Shown piece after piece: positions 44,482 to 54,717 of a DNA stretch of 64,000 nucleotides (positions within the stretch are counted from its first letter, which is position 1; the number at the start of each line of letters is the position of its first letter). Source of the stretch: Spirochaetota bacterium (GTDB lineage Bacteria > Spirochaetota > UBA6919 > CBDBPB01); assembly GCA_965208615.1 (NCBI GenBank), contig CBDBPB010000007.1, forward strand, positions 415,703 to 479,702. Reading direction: 5' to 3'. Both the position numbers and the translations under genes were made by a program. The notes under the pieces were generated by a model that worked only from the letters and a program-made list of their open reading frames with translations, had not been told where the DNA came from and searched no databases.

Positions 44482-44903
44482 TTAAAGAGCATAAAGGGAT
44501 AACCTGCTTGACACAAGAAAATAACTTTTTTATGAATATTTTAACTTTCCTGTTCCACAAAGAAATCTGGAATTCACTTCCCTTTACGTTATATGTCTTG
44601 CCTTTTTACCTTGTATGACTAGTCATAATTCTATCATAAAATGATAACTGAATTATTAAATAATATCACTCTAAATAACCTAATATCAAAAAAAAAACGG
44701 CATCCTCCCCAGTTACTAATTACTCTATCTTTTAGATAAAAAGTTATTATAACACAATTGCTAAATAGATTTTATCTGTATTTTTTTTAAGCTTTAAAAA
44801 GATAAATTATCTTAGAATATCTTTTATCTCCACCACTAGAACAATTAGTAATATTATAAGTTGCCATAGAATAGCTTATTAATATGATTTCAATAAAATT
44901 TAC

Positions 44904-44931
44904 TTGACTAAGATTAAAGTTTTATTATACT
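44904..44931 (+). promoter_or_regulatory. Sigma70 promoter of the tRNA pair
   Basis: TTGACT-16 bp-TATACT, ending 18 bp upstream of tRNA-Ile. Confidence 0.6.
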
Positions 44932-44949
44932 TATGATAATCGATTAAAA

Positions 44950-45023
<74 letters not shown>

Positions 45024-45085
45024 GAGGGTATAATTAATAAGTTATAAATAAAAATAGTTTTATTAATTACTGATTAATTATTATT

Positions 45086-45160
45086 GGGGGTGTAGTTCAG
45101 CTGGTATAGAACGCTGCCCTGTCAAGGCAGAGGCCGCGGGTTCAAGTCCCGTCACTCCCG
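45086..45160 (+). tRNA. tRNA-Asp (GTC)
   Basis: Acceptor stem GGGGGTG/CACTCCC, anticodon arm CTGCC-CTGTCAA-GGCAG, GGTTCAAGTCC T-loop. Confidence 0.96.
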
Positions 45161-45175
45161 AATTATGGTCTGGTT

Positions 45176-45553
45176 ATGTTAAAAATATTGATAGTAGACG
45201 ATAACGAAATTAACTTAAAGCTTCTAGAAAGAATTATTCTAGGTAATACCTCATCTGTTGAGGTGATTAAGGCTGTTAACGGTCAGGAAGCTTTTGAACT
45301 GGCTCTAAAAGAAAAACCCGTTCTGGTATTTATGGATATGATGATGCCCGTATTAGACGGCTATAGCGCTACTAAAAAAATAAAAGATACTACTGAATTA
45401 TCCAAAATACCTGTTGTGGCTATCACTGCTGTTAATACAAAAGGGGATATAAAAAAGGTTTTTGACTGCGGATGCGAAGATATTTTGCAAAAACCCATAA
45501 GCTTAAAGACCGTTGTTGATCTTATTGAAAAATATATAAAAACCTCCCAATAA
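45176..45553 (+). CDS. Single-domain response regulator (CheY/DivK-like)
   Basis: ILIVDDN, VFMDMMMPVLDG, ITA, LQKPI. Confidence 0.92.
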   Translation: MLKILIVDDNEINLKLLERIILGNTSSVEVIKAVNGQEAFELALKEKPVLVFMDMMMPVLDGYSATKKIKDTTELSKIPVVAITAVNTKGDIKKVFDCGCEDILQKPISLKTVVDLIEKYIKTSQ

Positions 45554-45649
45554 ATATAACCATAATAATTTGAAATTTTTGTAACACTATATAATAAAAA
45601 TTATAATATAAAACTATTAACCTTCGACTTTAAATATACCGGTATATTA

Positions 45650-46864
45650 ATGAAAATCGTTATTTTTGAAGATAGTAGTTATAAGCAGTTTTATCCCCTT
45701 AGCTTGACTCGTCCTGTATTCTCCCTTAAATGCGGAGTTTTTAGCTTTATTGATAAAATCAAATCTAAATTTATAAATTCCCAATGCCTAATATTAATAA
45801 GAAAAGAGTTAAAACCTTTATACGACAAAGGTAATGTTATCCGTTTAGAAGAGGCCGATGTTAATGAGGAATACCTTTTTATTTCATCTAGTATATTATT
45901 GGGCGATAATTTTAATATAGAGTTAAATCAGGGGATTAAAAATAAAGGTGAACTAATTGCTTTTAGGGTAATGGGACTACAAATAAGAAAATTAAAAGAA
46001 GAGTTTTTTTTTGATAAAGATAAATTAAATGCTATTACTGAAAAATGGAACCTAAAGCTTATATCATCGGAATATAAAAAATTAAATTATCTTTTTGAAT
46101 TAGTTTATGAAAACTCAAAAGAAATAAAAAAAGATATTGCCTTCATATTAAAGACTAACTCTTCTAAAGAGTTTAAAGACTTGCCTAATAAAGAATTATA
46201 TATTCATGACAGTGTTAGAGTTCATCCTGGAGTATATTTTCTTACTGATAACGGCCCAATATATATTGATAAAAATGCAGAAATCAAGCCTCTTAGCGTG
46301 ATAGAAGGACCATGTTATATCGCTAAGAATGTTCTTATAGATGGTGCTAAAATAAGAGCTAACTCGTCCATTTTTGATGGTTGTAAAATTGCTGGAGAGG
46401 TGTCTGATTCAATTATTCTTGACCTAACTAATAAACATCACGATGGCTTTTTAGGTCATTCTTATATTGGCTCTTACGTTAATTTTGGTGCTATGTCTAC
46501 AAATAGTGATCTTAAAAATAATTATGGAGAGATAACCTTAACTTTTATGGGTGAGTGTGTAAAAACCGGCTTAATTAAGGTTGGAGCTTTTATTGGAGAT
46601 CATAGTAAATTGGGTATTGGTTCATTAATTAATACCGGTACTGTTATTGGTGTGGGATGTAATTTGTATTTTGAAGGCGGAATGTATCCAAAAGAAGTCC
46701 CATCTTTTTCATGGGGGGGGAGTAAACCATTTAGAAAATATATTTTTTTAGACTTTATAAAAAATTGTAAAAAGGTTTTAAAACGTAGAGGTTACTCACT
46801 GACTAAAGAAAATATAGATTTATATGCCCTTATATTTGAACAAGAAAAAAAAAAAATTAAATAG
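45650..46864 (+). CDS. Putative sugar nucleotidyltransferase with hexapeptide-repeat domain (GlmU-like)
   Basis: FYPLSLTRPVFSLKCG, GPIYI, NKHHDGFLGHSYIG, TNSDLKNNYG, GDHSK. Confidence 0.85.
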   Translation: MKIVIFEDSSYKQFYPLSLTRPVFSLKCGVFSFIDKIKSKFINSQCLILIRKELKPLYDKGNVIRLEEADVNEEYLFISSSILLGDNFNIELNQGIKNKGELIAFRVMGLQIRKLKEEFFFDKDKLNAITEKWNLKLISSEYKKLNYLFELVYENSKEIKKDIAFILKTNSSKEFKDLPNKELYIHDSVRVHPGVYFLTDNGPIYIDKNAEIKPLSVIEGPCYIAKNVLIDGAKIRANSSIFDGCKIAGEVSDSIILDLTNKHHDGFLGHSYIGSYVNFGAMSTNSDLKNNYGEITLTFMGECVKTGLIKVGAFIGDHSKLGIGSLINTGTVIGVGCNLYFEGGMYPKEVPSFSWGGSKPFRKYIFLDFIKNCKKVLKRRGYSLTKENIDLYALIFEQEKKKIK

Positions 46865-46878
46865 ATTATTAATTTCAC

Positions 46879-46907
46879 TTGACAAAACGAAGAAAATAAG
46901 TCATAAT
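46879..46907 (+). promoter_or_regulatory. Sigma70 promoter upstream of the sigma factor gene
   Basis: TTGACA-17 bp-CATAAT. Confidence 0.55.
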
Positions 46908-47157
46908 ACTTTTGTTAAAATTTAACACTAAATAAACTATAGCTTTTAATTGAATATTTTTTTTTATTAACAAATAGTTAAAACTATACAAAGCCCTTAG
47001 CTTATATATATCTTTTATTAAAGATATAATTTAACCAGATAATTTTAAGAACCGGTTATGGCCTTAACTACACTGGTATATAAAACTAAGCTTTAAATTA
47101 CTTTATTATAACTTAAGCAATATACGTTACTTCTGTAATAGACGGGAGATAATATTT

Positions 47158-48036
47158 ATGCCTAATAATAAATTAAAGGTGAGAAGTAATATTAAGGATA
47201 TTACCTATGAAGGACCATTAGCACAATATCTTATGGAAATCGACTCTGTTAATCTTCTGACTCGCTTAGAAGAAGAAACTTTAGCTAAAAGAGCTTTTGA
47301 GAGCGATGATGAAGCAAGAGAAAAGTTGATTAAAGCTAACTTAAGGTTTGTTGTTAATATTGCTAAAAAATATCAAAAAAGAGGATTGCCTCTTATCGAC
47401 TTAATTAATGAAGGAAATATGGGACTGATTACTGCCGCTGATAAGTTTGACTATCGTAAGGGCTATCATTTTATATCTTATGCTGTATGGTGGATTAAGC
47501 AATCCATTTTAAAAGCTCTTTCTGAAAAAACTAAGCTCATACGTCTACCGTTAAATAGGGCAAATCAGTTGGTGCAAATCGAAAAACTTAAAAAAGAGAA
47601 TGATCAACTGAAAACCAATGATCTATCTAATAATGATATTGCCTCTGCCTTGGATATCGAAGAACATAGTGTCTCAGATATAATTAATGCCTCTAGAGAT
47701 TATATATCTTTAGATGCTCCCATTATGTTTGATAAAAAAGAACGTTATCTTTCTGAAATACTAAGGGATACTAACTTTAAGGAACCTGAAGAAAAGCTTA
47801 TTAATGAGTCTTTAAAAGAGACTATCTCTAAATCTCTTGAAACACTTTCTGATAAAGAACAAAAAGTTATTAGACTTAGATATGGCTTAGATGGTATTGA
47901 CCCCCTTTCTCTAAAAGAGATAGGAAAACGCTTTAGCCTAACAAAAGAACGAATTAGACAAATAGAAAAAAAAGCTATACGTCGTTTAAGGCATCCATCT
48001 AGAAGTCAGGAGCTAAAAGTTTTTTTAAAAGTATAA
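47158..48036 (+). CDS. RNA polymerase sigma factor, RpoD/RpoS family (lacks region 1.1)
   Basis: YL.EI....LL, ANLRFVVNIAKKY, DLINEGNMGL, YAVWWIKQSI, LTKERIRQIEKKA. Confidence 0.92.
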   Translation: MPNNKLKVRSNIKDITYEGPLAQYLMEIDSVNLLTRLEEETLAKRAFESDDEAREKLIKANLRFVVNIAKKYQKRGLPLIDLINEGNMGLITAADKFDYRKGYHFISYAVWWIKQSILKALSEKTKLIRLPLNRANQLVQIEKLKKENDQLKTNDLSNNDIASALDIEEHSVSDIINASRDYISLDAPIMFDKKERYLSEILRDTNFKEPEEKLINESLKETISKSLETLSDKEQKVIRLRYGLDGIDPLSLKEIGKRFSLTKERIRQIEKKAIRRLRHPSRSQELKVFLKV

Positions 48037-48037
48037 C

Positions 48038-48757
48038 TTAGTTATTGATATGTTGTTCTGCATAGAAATTGGCAATATTTAGATCATCTTGAGTTGTAAT
48101 CTTAATATTGTTTTTATTACCATCAATCACTTTTGATGGTAATCCAATTGCATTTACTAATTGAGTATCATCAGTTACTAAATAAGGGGAGAGCATATAT
48201 TTTTTATATGCCTTCCATATAACAGAAAAATGAAAACCCTGAGGAGTTAATATCCCTCTAAGGCTATCTCTATTAATATGATCTTTTACATAGCACTCTG
48301 ATTGGTTAACCAAGGTTATGGTATCAGTAATTGGGTAACCTAAAGTTACAGAAGGAAAAAACTCAAGATTATGTATTACATTTAGTATATCATTATGTTT
48401 TATAAAGGGTCTTGCGCAGTCGTGTATTAAAACAAAGTCATCGTTATCTGCCAAATTATATAATAGTTTTAACCCATTAAATATTGATTCATTCCTTGTA
48501 TTACCACCTTCAACTAGGTTAAGCTTGTTTAGTTCGCTACTGCTAAGATATTTTTTTAGTATATCATAAAAATGTTGTTTATCGTTAGAGCTATATACCA
48601 AGTAAAAAAAAAGGCTATGTTTGTTTTCTAAGGATAGAAATGTTTTTAATGACCATAAAAATAAAGGAAAGCCTTTTATAGTAAGAAATTGTTTTTTAGT
48701 GTGAGTTTTCATTCTTTTGCCTTTACCACCGGCAAGAAGAATTATAAAAACCTTCAC
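48038..48757 (-). CDS. ispD: 2-C-methyl-D-erythritol 4-phosphate cytidylyltransferase
   Basis: LAGGKGKRM, KQF, GGNTRNESI, HDCARPF, TPQGF, TDD, NIKITT. Confidence 0.92.
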   Translation of the reverse strand: MKVFIILLAGGKGKRMKTHTKKQFLTIKGFPLFLWSLKTFLSLENKHSLFFYLVYSSNDKQHFYDILKKYLSSSELNKLNLVEGGNTRNESIFNGLKLLYNLADNDDFVLIHDCARPFIKHNDILNVIHNLEFFPSVTLGYPITDTITLVNQSECYVKDHINRDSLRGILTPQGFHFSVIWKAYKKYMLSPYLVTDDTQLVNAIGLPSKVIDGNKNNIKITTQDDLNIANFYAEQHINN

Positions 48758-49782
48758 CTACGATGAAGAGAACTATGACTAGGCGATGACTTTTTTTGTT
48801 GATTAGTTAACTGAGTGAAAATCATTCTTCCAGCAGGAGTTTGGAGTATACTAGTAACAACTACAGTAACTTCCTGACCAATATAATTTCTACCGTTATC
48901 AATTACCATCATTGTACCATCTTCTAGGTAGGCAATACCTTGATTTTGGTCTTTTCCTTCTTTAATAACAATAGTTTTTATTTCTTCATTTGGTAGGACT
49001 ACAGGTTTTACGGCATTAGAAAGGTCATTAACGTTAAGTATTTCTACGCCTTCAAATTCAGCAACTTTGTTTAAATTAAAGTCGTTAGTAACAACAACAG
49101 AATTCATATATTTAGCAAGTTTAAGAAGTTTACGGTCTACCTCTTGGACATCTGGATAATCTACTTCTGTTATATTTATTATAGCTTTTTTACTTGCCTT
49201 CATATTATTTAATATGTCTAGTCCTCTACGTCCTCTACTACGTTTTAGGGGATCGGATGAGTCTGCAACCTGATGGAGTTCATTTAATACAAATTTAGGA
49301 ACTACTAAAATACCTTCTAAAAAGCCGGTTTCGGAGATATCAGCGATACGACCATCAATAATTACACTAGTGTCTAATATTTTAAAATTACTTTTATCTT
49401 CTATCTTATTAGAGTTGCTATTAGAAAAATTAAATTTAACTTCGTCTTCTTTAAGCCATCCAAGGGTTAAGCCTGTATAAGCAAATAAAAACTGGATTAG
49501 ATACTTAAAATTATTAGATATGGGAGCTATAGTAACAAAAATATTACCTATAAAAAAGCCTATTATTAATCCTAAAATAGTACCTATAGTAGCAAAAAAT
49601 AGTTTTCTTCCTTTTGCTTGATGAAGAGCCACTTCAACACCAATAAATACACTAGCAACTATAATCGCAAGTAAGCCGTAAAAATAAGGAGGGGATATGC
49701 CAAAGATGGGTTGACTAAGAGATAAGCCAATAAAATAGCCAAGTATAAGACTTAATATTAAGACAGTAATTCTGAAAACCAT
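48754..49782 (-). CDS. PIN/TRAM domain membrane protein (YacL family)
   Basis: LDTSVIIDGRI, RGRRGLDIL, TNDFNLNKVA, YLEDGTM, LQTPAGRMIF. Confidence 0.92.
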   Translation of the reverse strand: MVFRITVLILSLILGYFIGLSLSQPIFGISPPYFYGLLAIIVASVFIGVEVALHQAKGRKLFFATIGTILGLIIGFFIGNIFVTIAPISNNFKYLIQFLFAYTGLTLGWLKEDEVKFNFSNSNSNKIEDKSNFKILDTSVIIDGRIADISETGFLEGILVVPKFVLNELHQVADSSDPLKRSRGRRGLDILNNMKASKKAIINITEVDYPDVQEVDRKLLKLAKYMNSVVVTNDFNLNKVAEFEGVEILNVNDLSNAVKPVVLPNEEIKTIVIKEGKDQNQGIAYLEDGTMMVIDNGRNYIGQEVTVVVTSILQTPAGRMIFTQLTNQQKKSSPSHSSLHRR

Positions 49783-49792
49783 TTATATACTC

Positions 49793-50347
49793 CTAGCTAT
49801 TTTTTAACTTTTCTAAGTTATTACTTTTCGATTGAGCTTTTTCTAATATTTCGGTAATTAGATGTTCTGCTTCATCCTTTTCTATGTTTTTGGATAATGC
49901 TATTTCATCTACCATTAGTTTAAGAGCATTTTCAAATAGTTTTTTTTCAGAATTAGAGAGTTCTTTTATTTGATTTCTTATAAATAAGTTTCTAACTACT
50001 TCTGCCAGTTCAAACAGAGAGCCTCTTTTTACTTTTTCATGATTATTACTATAGCGAATCTTCCAATCATCTTCTTGTTTAGTGGCCTTATCTTGTAATA
50101 TATCAAAAGCTTTTCCAATTTTATTAGGTCCAATAGGACTTCTTAGTCCCATTTTATTACTCATATCTACTGGGATCATGATAACCATTTTTGAAAATGA
50201 CATTTCTATTATATAATAGAGTTTAGTTTGTTCAAGGATATTTTTTTCTTTAATTTCCTTAATAACTCCTACGCCATGCATAGGATAAACAATTTTATCA
50301 CCTATTTCATATAATTCTTTATCAACACATTTATTACTTATATCCAT
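49793..50347 (-). CDS. carD: CarD family transcriptional regulator
   Basis: GDKIVYPMHGVG.I, W..RY..N.EK...G, AEVVRNL. Confidence 0.9.
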   Translation of the reverse strand: MDISNKCVDKELYEIGDKIVYPMHGVGVIKEIKEKNILEQTKLYYIIEMSFSKMVIMIPVDMSNKMGLRSPIGPNKIGKAFDILQDKATKQEDDWKIRYSNNHEKVKRGSLFELAEVVRNLFIRNQIKELSNSEKKLFENALKLMVDEIALSKNIEKDEAEHLITEILEKAQSKSNNLEKLKNS

Positions 50348-50586
50348 AATAATACCGCCTAAAATGATAATTAAATAATAAGATAAGCTTTAGTAAAAGT
50401 CAAATAGTTTTTTATAAGGTTATAAGCTATAGCAATTGTAAGATTATATTTTATAGTAAATAGATTGCAGTGGGCATGCGTTAGAGCTGTTATAATATAT
50501 TTTTTAATAGTTATTTTTTAGTATAAAATATTTCATAAGCTAATAATATTATTAATTTATTTTTTTTATATAAAATTATTTTATTT

Positions 50587-50616
50587 TTAATAGCCTAGGC
50601 AAGCCTAGACTATTAA
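50587..50616 (-). terminator. Hairpin downstream of the RNA-binding protein gene
   Basis: TTAATAGCCTAGG-CAAG-CCTAGACTATTAA inverted repeat. Confidence 0.5.
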
Positions 50617-50624
50617 CTTATACA

Positions 50625-50930
50625 CTAGTTAGAACGTCTACCACCACCACCACCGCCATATCTTCCACCACCACCACTTCTATTATCCCTGCGTGGTCTT
50701 GCTTCATTAACTTTGATAGCTCTGCCATTGAGTTCTTTGCCGTCTAGACCAGAAATAGCACTTTCACCATCTTCTTTAGATGCCATTTCTACAAAGCCAA
50801 AACCCCTAGATAGTCCACTAAACATATCTTTAATTATTTTGGTTGATTCTACGCGACCAAAGGCCTCAAATGATTGACGAAGCTCTTCTTCGGTAACGTC
50901 ATGGTCTAAATTTCCTACATAAATATTCAT
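50625..50930 (-). CDS. RRM RNA-binding protein with Gly-rich tail
   Basis: NIYVGNL (RNP2), RGFGFVEM (RNP1), VNEARPR. Confidence 0.95.
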   Translation of the reverse strand: MNIYVGNLDHDVTEEELRQSFEAFGRVESTKIIKDMFSGLSRGFGFVEMASKEDGESAISGLDGKELNGRAIKVNEARPRRDNRSGGGGRYGGGGGGRRSN

Positions 50931-51351
50931 ACAAAACTCCTAGTTTATTTTGACTATTCATACGAATGACTGCATTCGGATTAATCCTTTTTATAATCTT
51001 CTATTAGTCTTAAGAGAGAGCTTATCTTTTCAATCAATAGTGATATAAAGCAGAGAACGAATGATTCATAATGGAAGAATAATCTATTATAGATAAAGAT
51101 ATAATAAAACGAACAAAAGTCAAGGGGTATAATTTAATTTAGCTATTTATGTATAATTTATTTTTCATTATAAATAGAGTAAAAGCCTTATAACAGCAGG
51201 TTTTGAATGTAAAATACATTATTTTAGTTTTATATGTTAATTTTTAAGGTATAAAACTTAACTATTAAAATAATAGTTTTTTTTTAATAGTTAAGTTATG
51301 GTAGAAAGCCTTTTATTATGTTAATAGAACAATAAATAGAAATTATCTTTT

Positions 51352-51378
51352 TAATGTTAGAGTAACTTTTAACGATAA
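51352..51378 (+). promoter_or_regulatory. Putative sigma-28 promoter
   Basis: TAAT-15 bp-AACGATAA versus consensus TAAA-N15-GCCGATAA. Confidence 0.4.
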
Positions 51379-51398
51379 TAAATATATATAATATTTTT

Positions 51399-51731
51399 AT
51401 GGATTTAGTGATGGCTATTCACCCTCTTGACTTACAAGTTGTTTTGGGACAAATGGATAATGTAGGTAAAGACTATTTAAGACTTTATACTGCCCCGAGA
51501 AAGGATCAACTTGTTTATGCTACTGAGTTTGAAAAGAGAAGTCAAGATATAGATTCTAAGGTGTTGGATTTGCCAGAGGAAGTGGATAACTACGAGGGAA
51601 CTGAACTTGATCCTCATGATAATAGAAATAGTCAAAAGAAGATTTATTTGTCAGATAGAAGGCCTATGTGGGTTAGGCATAGTAATTATAAGGACAATGA
51701 AAAAGGTTTATTAATAGATATACACGGATAA
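51399..51731 (+). CDS. Hypothetical protein resembling flagellar-regulon small proteins
   Basis: MAIHPLDLQVV...KGLLIDI termini resemble proteins I recall near fliA/fapA in spirochaetes and Firmicutes. Confidence 0.55.
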   Translation: MDLVMAIHPLDLQVVLGQMDNVGKDYLRLYTAPRKDQLVYATEFEKRSQDIDSKVLDLPEEVDNYEGTELDPHDNRNSQKKIYLSDRRPMWVRHSNYKDNEKGLLIDIHG

Positions 51732-52313
51732 CTATTTTGAGTATATATAATTAAACCCGATTATATATATTTCAGTACTCTCAGAGCGTGAGCTTTTTGG
51801 CTTAAAGAGTTTATATTTAGAGAAAGCCGGTTTAATTTTGCTTTTAACAAAGGAATTAAGGTCTTCTCCTTGAAAGATCTTGCATATTAAATTGCCATTT
51901 CTTTTTAAGGATTTATAAGTAATTTTAATTACCTCATCAGCTAAGCTTATGGACTTCTGATGATCTATGCCTTTATTACCAGTGGTATTAGGGGCCATAT
52001 CACTTAATATTAGGTCAAAGTTTGTTTCGGAAAAGAGATTTTCTTCTATTTCGGATATGCTATTTTGTATAAAGCGTACGTTTTTATGAAAGGTTTTTTT
52101 AAGGGGTTTAATATCAACAGCAACTATTTTTGTATTGGGCTTAGTAAGGCAATACTGTATCCATGAGCCTGGGGATGCACCTAAGTCAAGGATCTTAATA
52201 TTATTTTTTATTAATTTATATTTATCATCTATTTCTTTTAATTTAAACACACTTCTGGCAAGGTAGTCATTATTTTTAGCAAGGTTAAAATAATAATCTT
52301 TAATTTTTTTCAT
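51732..52313 (-). CDS. rlmE: 23S rRNA Um2552 methyltransferase
   Basis: YLARSVFKLKEID, LDLGASPGSW, SDMAPNTTG, KPKSSRSES.E.Y. Confidence 0.93.
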   Translation of the reverse strand: MKKIKDYYFNLAKNNDYLARSVFKLKEIDDKYKLIKNNIKILDLGASPGSWIQYCLTKPNTKIVAVDIKPLKKTFHKNVRFIQNSISEIEENLFSETNFDLILSDMAPNTTGNKGIDHQKSISLADEVIKITYKSLKRNGNLICKIFQGEDLNSFVKSKIKPAFSKYKLFKPKSSRSESTEIYIIGFNYIYSK

Positions 52314-53455
52314 ATAACCGCCAAGTTATCCTTGTGAACGACTACCTCATAAGTAGAATAGCCTAATATATTTTCTATTTCGGAACTATGAAAGCCTTTA
52401 ATTTTTAATATCTCTTCACAGCTATAATATGATATGCCTTTAGCAATAACATTATCCGACCTATTAAGTATTTCAACTATATCGAACTCATTAAAATTGC
52501 TAATAACATTAATAATACCTTTAGGTAAAAGGCTTTTATTATTTTGGGTTATGGCTTTTACAGCATTATCGTCTATATATATTTTTCCTTTTGCCTTAGA
52601 ATTAAGGTGAAGCCAGCGTATCTTACTCGACTTAGCTTTGTTTATGGGTAAGAATATAGTTCCTACGTTATTGCCGTTGAAGATATTGTTAATAATATTT
52701 TCTTGGGTACCATTTGCAATTAGTGTAGTAATACCGTAATTAGTAGTTATTTTGGCGGCTTGTAGTTTTGCAGTCATTCCTCCAGTACTAAAGCTACTAC
52801 CTTTTTGTTTAGCTTCTTGTTCAATTATTTTTGTAATTTTGGGTACTTCGGATATAAGAGTTCTATCTTTAACACTATTATAGTTGTAATAAAGGCCGTT
52901 AACATCAGATAATAGTATTAGAAGGTTAGCGTCTATAAGGCTTGCTACTAATGCCGCAAGTTTATCGTTATCACCGAATTTAATTTCATCTACTGCTACG
53001 GTATCATTTTCATTTACAACGGGTATTACGTTTTTATACTGTAATAGGGTATTTAGGGTGTTTTTAGCGTTAACATACCTAGTTCTATCACTTAGGCCTG
53101 GATCAGTTAGCAATATTTGACTAGCAATATAGCCCTTTTTTTTAAAGAAGTTCATATATTCATTCATTAGTATTACTTGTCCTATGCTGGCAGAGGCTTG
53201 TTTAATTGGAATGGTTAAACCTTTATCTTTAATAATTATTTGCTTATACCCTGCTCCTATTGCACCACTACTAACTACTACAACATCTTTTACATAGCTT
53301 TTTAAAGTAATAATATGTTCTACAACCTTATTAAACTTGGGTGTAGATATATACCCATTATCGGTAAGCAGGTTAGTACCTATTTTTATTACTACTCGCT
53401 GTAGGCCTGAAAAAAAAGATTTTCTATCTATTGTTTTTTTAAGAGGCTTAAGCAT
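52310..53455 (-). CDS. proB: Glutamate 5-kinase
   Basis: VIKIGT, VSSGAI, NENDTV, FGDNDKL, TGGM..K, C-terminal PUA domain. Confidence 0.95.
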   Translation of the reverse strand: MLKPLKKTIDRKSFFSGLQRVVIKIGTNLLTDNGYISTPKFNKVVEHIITLKSYVKDVVVVSSGAIGAGYKQIIIKDKGLTIPIKQASASIGQVILMNEYMNFFKKKGYIASQILLTDPGLSDRTRYVNAKNTLNTLLQYKNVIPVVNENDTVAVDEIKFGDNDKLAALVASLIDANLLILLSDVNGLYYNYNSVKDRTLISEVPKITKIIEQEAKQKGSSFSTGGMTAKLQAAKITTNYGITTLIANGTQENIINNIFNGNNVGTIFLPINKAKSSKIRWLHLNSKAKGKIYIDDNAVKAITQNNKSLLPKGIINVISNFNEFDIVEILNRSDNVIAKGISYYSCEEILKIKGFHSSEIENILGYSTYEVVVHKDNLAVI

Positions 53456-53458
53456 ACT

Positions 53459-54568
53459 TTATTTTGAAGAACTAGACGGATTAACTTTTCTTTCAATTAG
53501 GGGAACGCTAACCTGTATTTTTTGTTTATTCCTAATTATATCAAGTATAACTTTTGTTCTTGGTGGATAAGAAGATATAATACTAATCAATTGGTTTGCA
53601 TTGTTAATTTTTTGTTTATTAACTGCTATGATGATGTCCCCAGCTTTTATACCGGCCTTTAAACCTGGTCCATTAGGCTCAACGCTATTTACAAAAGCTC
53701 CCTTTTTTATTTTGTGATATTTTATAAGGTCTTTATTCATATTTTCGATTCTAATACCAATATATCCCCGTGCTACTCTGCCTTTAGTAATCAGCTTTTT
53801 GATAATATCTTTGGATATATTACTAGGTATGGCAAAGCCTATTCCCATGGATCCTTTTTTAAAGCCTGTTGAGTAAATAGCAGTATTTATTCCAATTACC
53901 TCACCTTTAATATTTAAAAGAGGTCCGCCACTATTACCTTTATTAATAGGGGCATCAGTTTGTATAAAGTTTTTAAATACAGCGTTTATATCAATTAAAT
54001 TGCTTTTTCTACCTATGGCACTAACAACGCCAAAGGTAAAGCTACTACCAAGGTTAAAAGGGTTACCAATTGCAATTACTATATCCCCAACTTCAATGGA
54101 GTTAGAGTCGCCAAGGGGCAGGACTTTTATATTATGATTTTTTTTAATCTTTAAAATGGCAATATCTGTAATAGGGTCGAATCCAACAACTTTAGTCCTA
54201 TACTCTTTTTTATTGTTATCATATACTAATATGTTTTTATAATTTTTTATTACATGATGATTAGTTATAATGTATTCCTTGTTATCTTCTCTTATCATGA
54301 AGCCTGAGCCTATAACAGGGTTGCTATTGACATCTACATTCTTTTTTTTGACTTTAATACTAACAACTGATGAAGTTCTTTTGGCAATACCTCTAAAGAC
54401 GTTTTGCAAGCCTATAGCTGTATTTAATGATTCTGGATCTTGGTTAGGTATAAAGTTATTAGTTTTATTTTCTTTGGAGCTTTTTTCAGATATCTTTTCT
54501 GTTTGTTTAGTACAGCTATAAGATAGAATAATCATTAGTAATATAATAGAGTTTGATATTATTTTCAT
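53459..54568 (-). CDS. DegP/HtrA family serine protease with PDZ domain (lipoprotein-like signal)
   Basis: GSGF, TNHHV, DIAILK, IQTDAPINKGNSGGPL, PDZ domain. Confidence 0.93.
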   Translation of the reverse strand: MKIISNSIILLMIILSYSCTKQTEKISEKSSKENKTNNFIPNQDPESLNTAIGLQNVFRGIAKRTSSVVSIKVKKKNVDVNSNPVIGSGFMIREDNKEYIITNHHVIKNYKNILVYDNNKKEYRTKVVGFDPITDIAILKIKKNHNIKVLPLGDSNSIEVGDIVIAIGNPFNLGSSFTFGVVSAIGRKSNLIDINAVFKNFIQTDAPINKGNSGGPLLNIKGEVIGINTAIYSTGFKKGSMGIGFAIPSNISKDIIKKLITKGRVARGYIGIRIENMNKDLIKYHKIKKGAFVNSVEPNGPGLKAGIKAGDIIIAVNKQKINNANQLISIISSYPPRTKVILDIIRNKQKIQVSVPLIERKVNPSSSSK

Positions 54569-54717
54569 AAAACTTCCTTAATTAATAAAAGTATATTACA
54601 ATGACAAAGTTTTTCATAAAGATAAGATTATTACTTAATTAAAATATATTAAATATTTTTATTTCTATAATTAATATATAAATAATTTTGTTTATTTAAA
54701 ACAATATTTTTTTATAT

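Noticed and set aside
44360-44618. ORFs spanning the right junction as a host gene interrupted by the phage
   Set aside because: Rejoining the flanks at CAGCAC gives an immediate stop in these frames, so the target appears non-coding or decayed.
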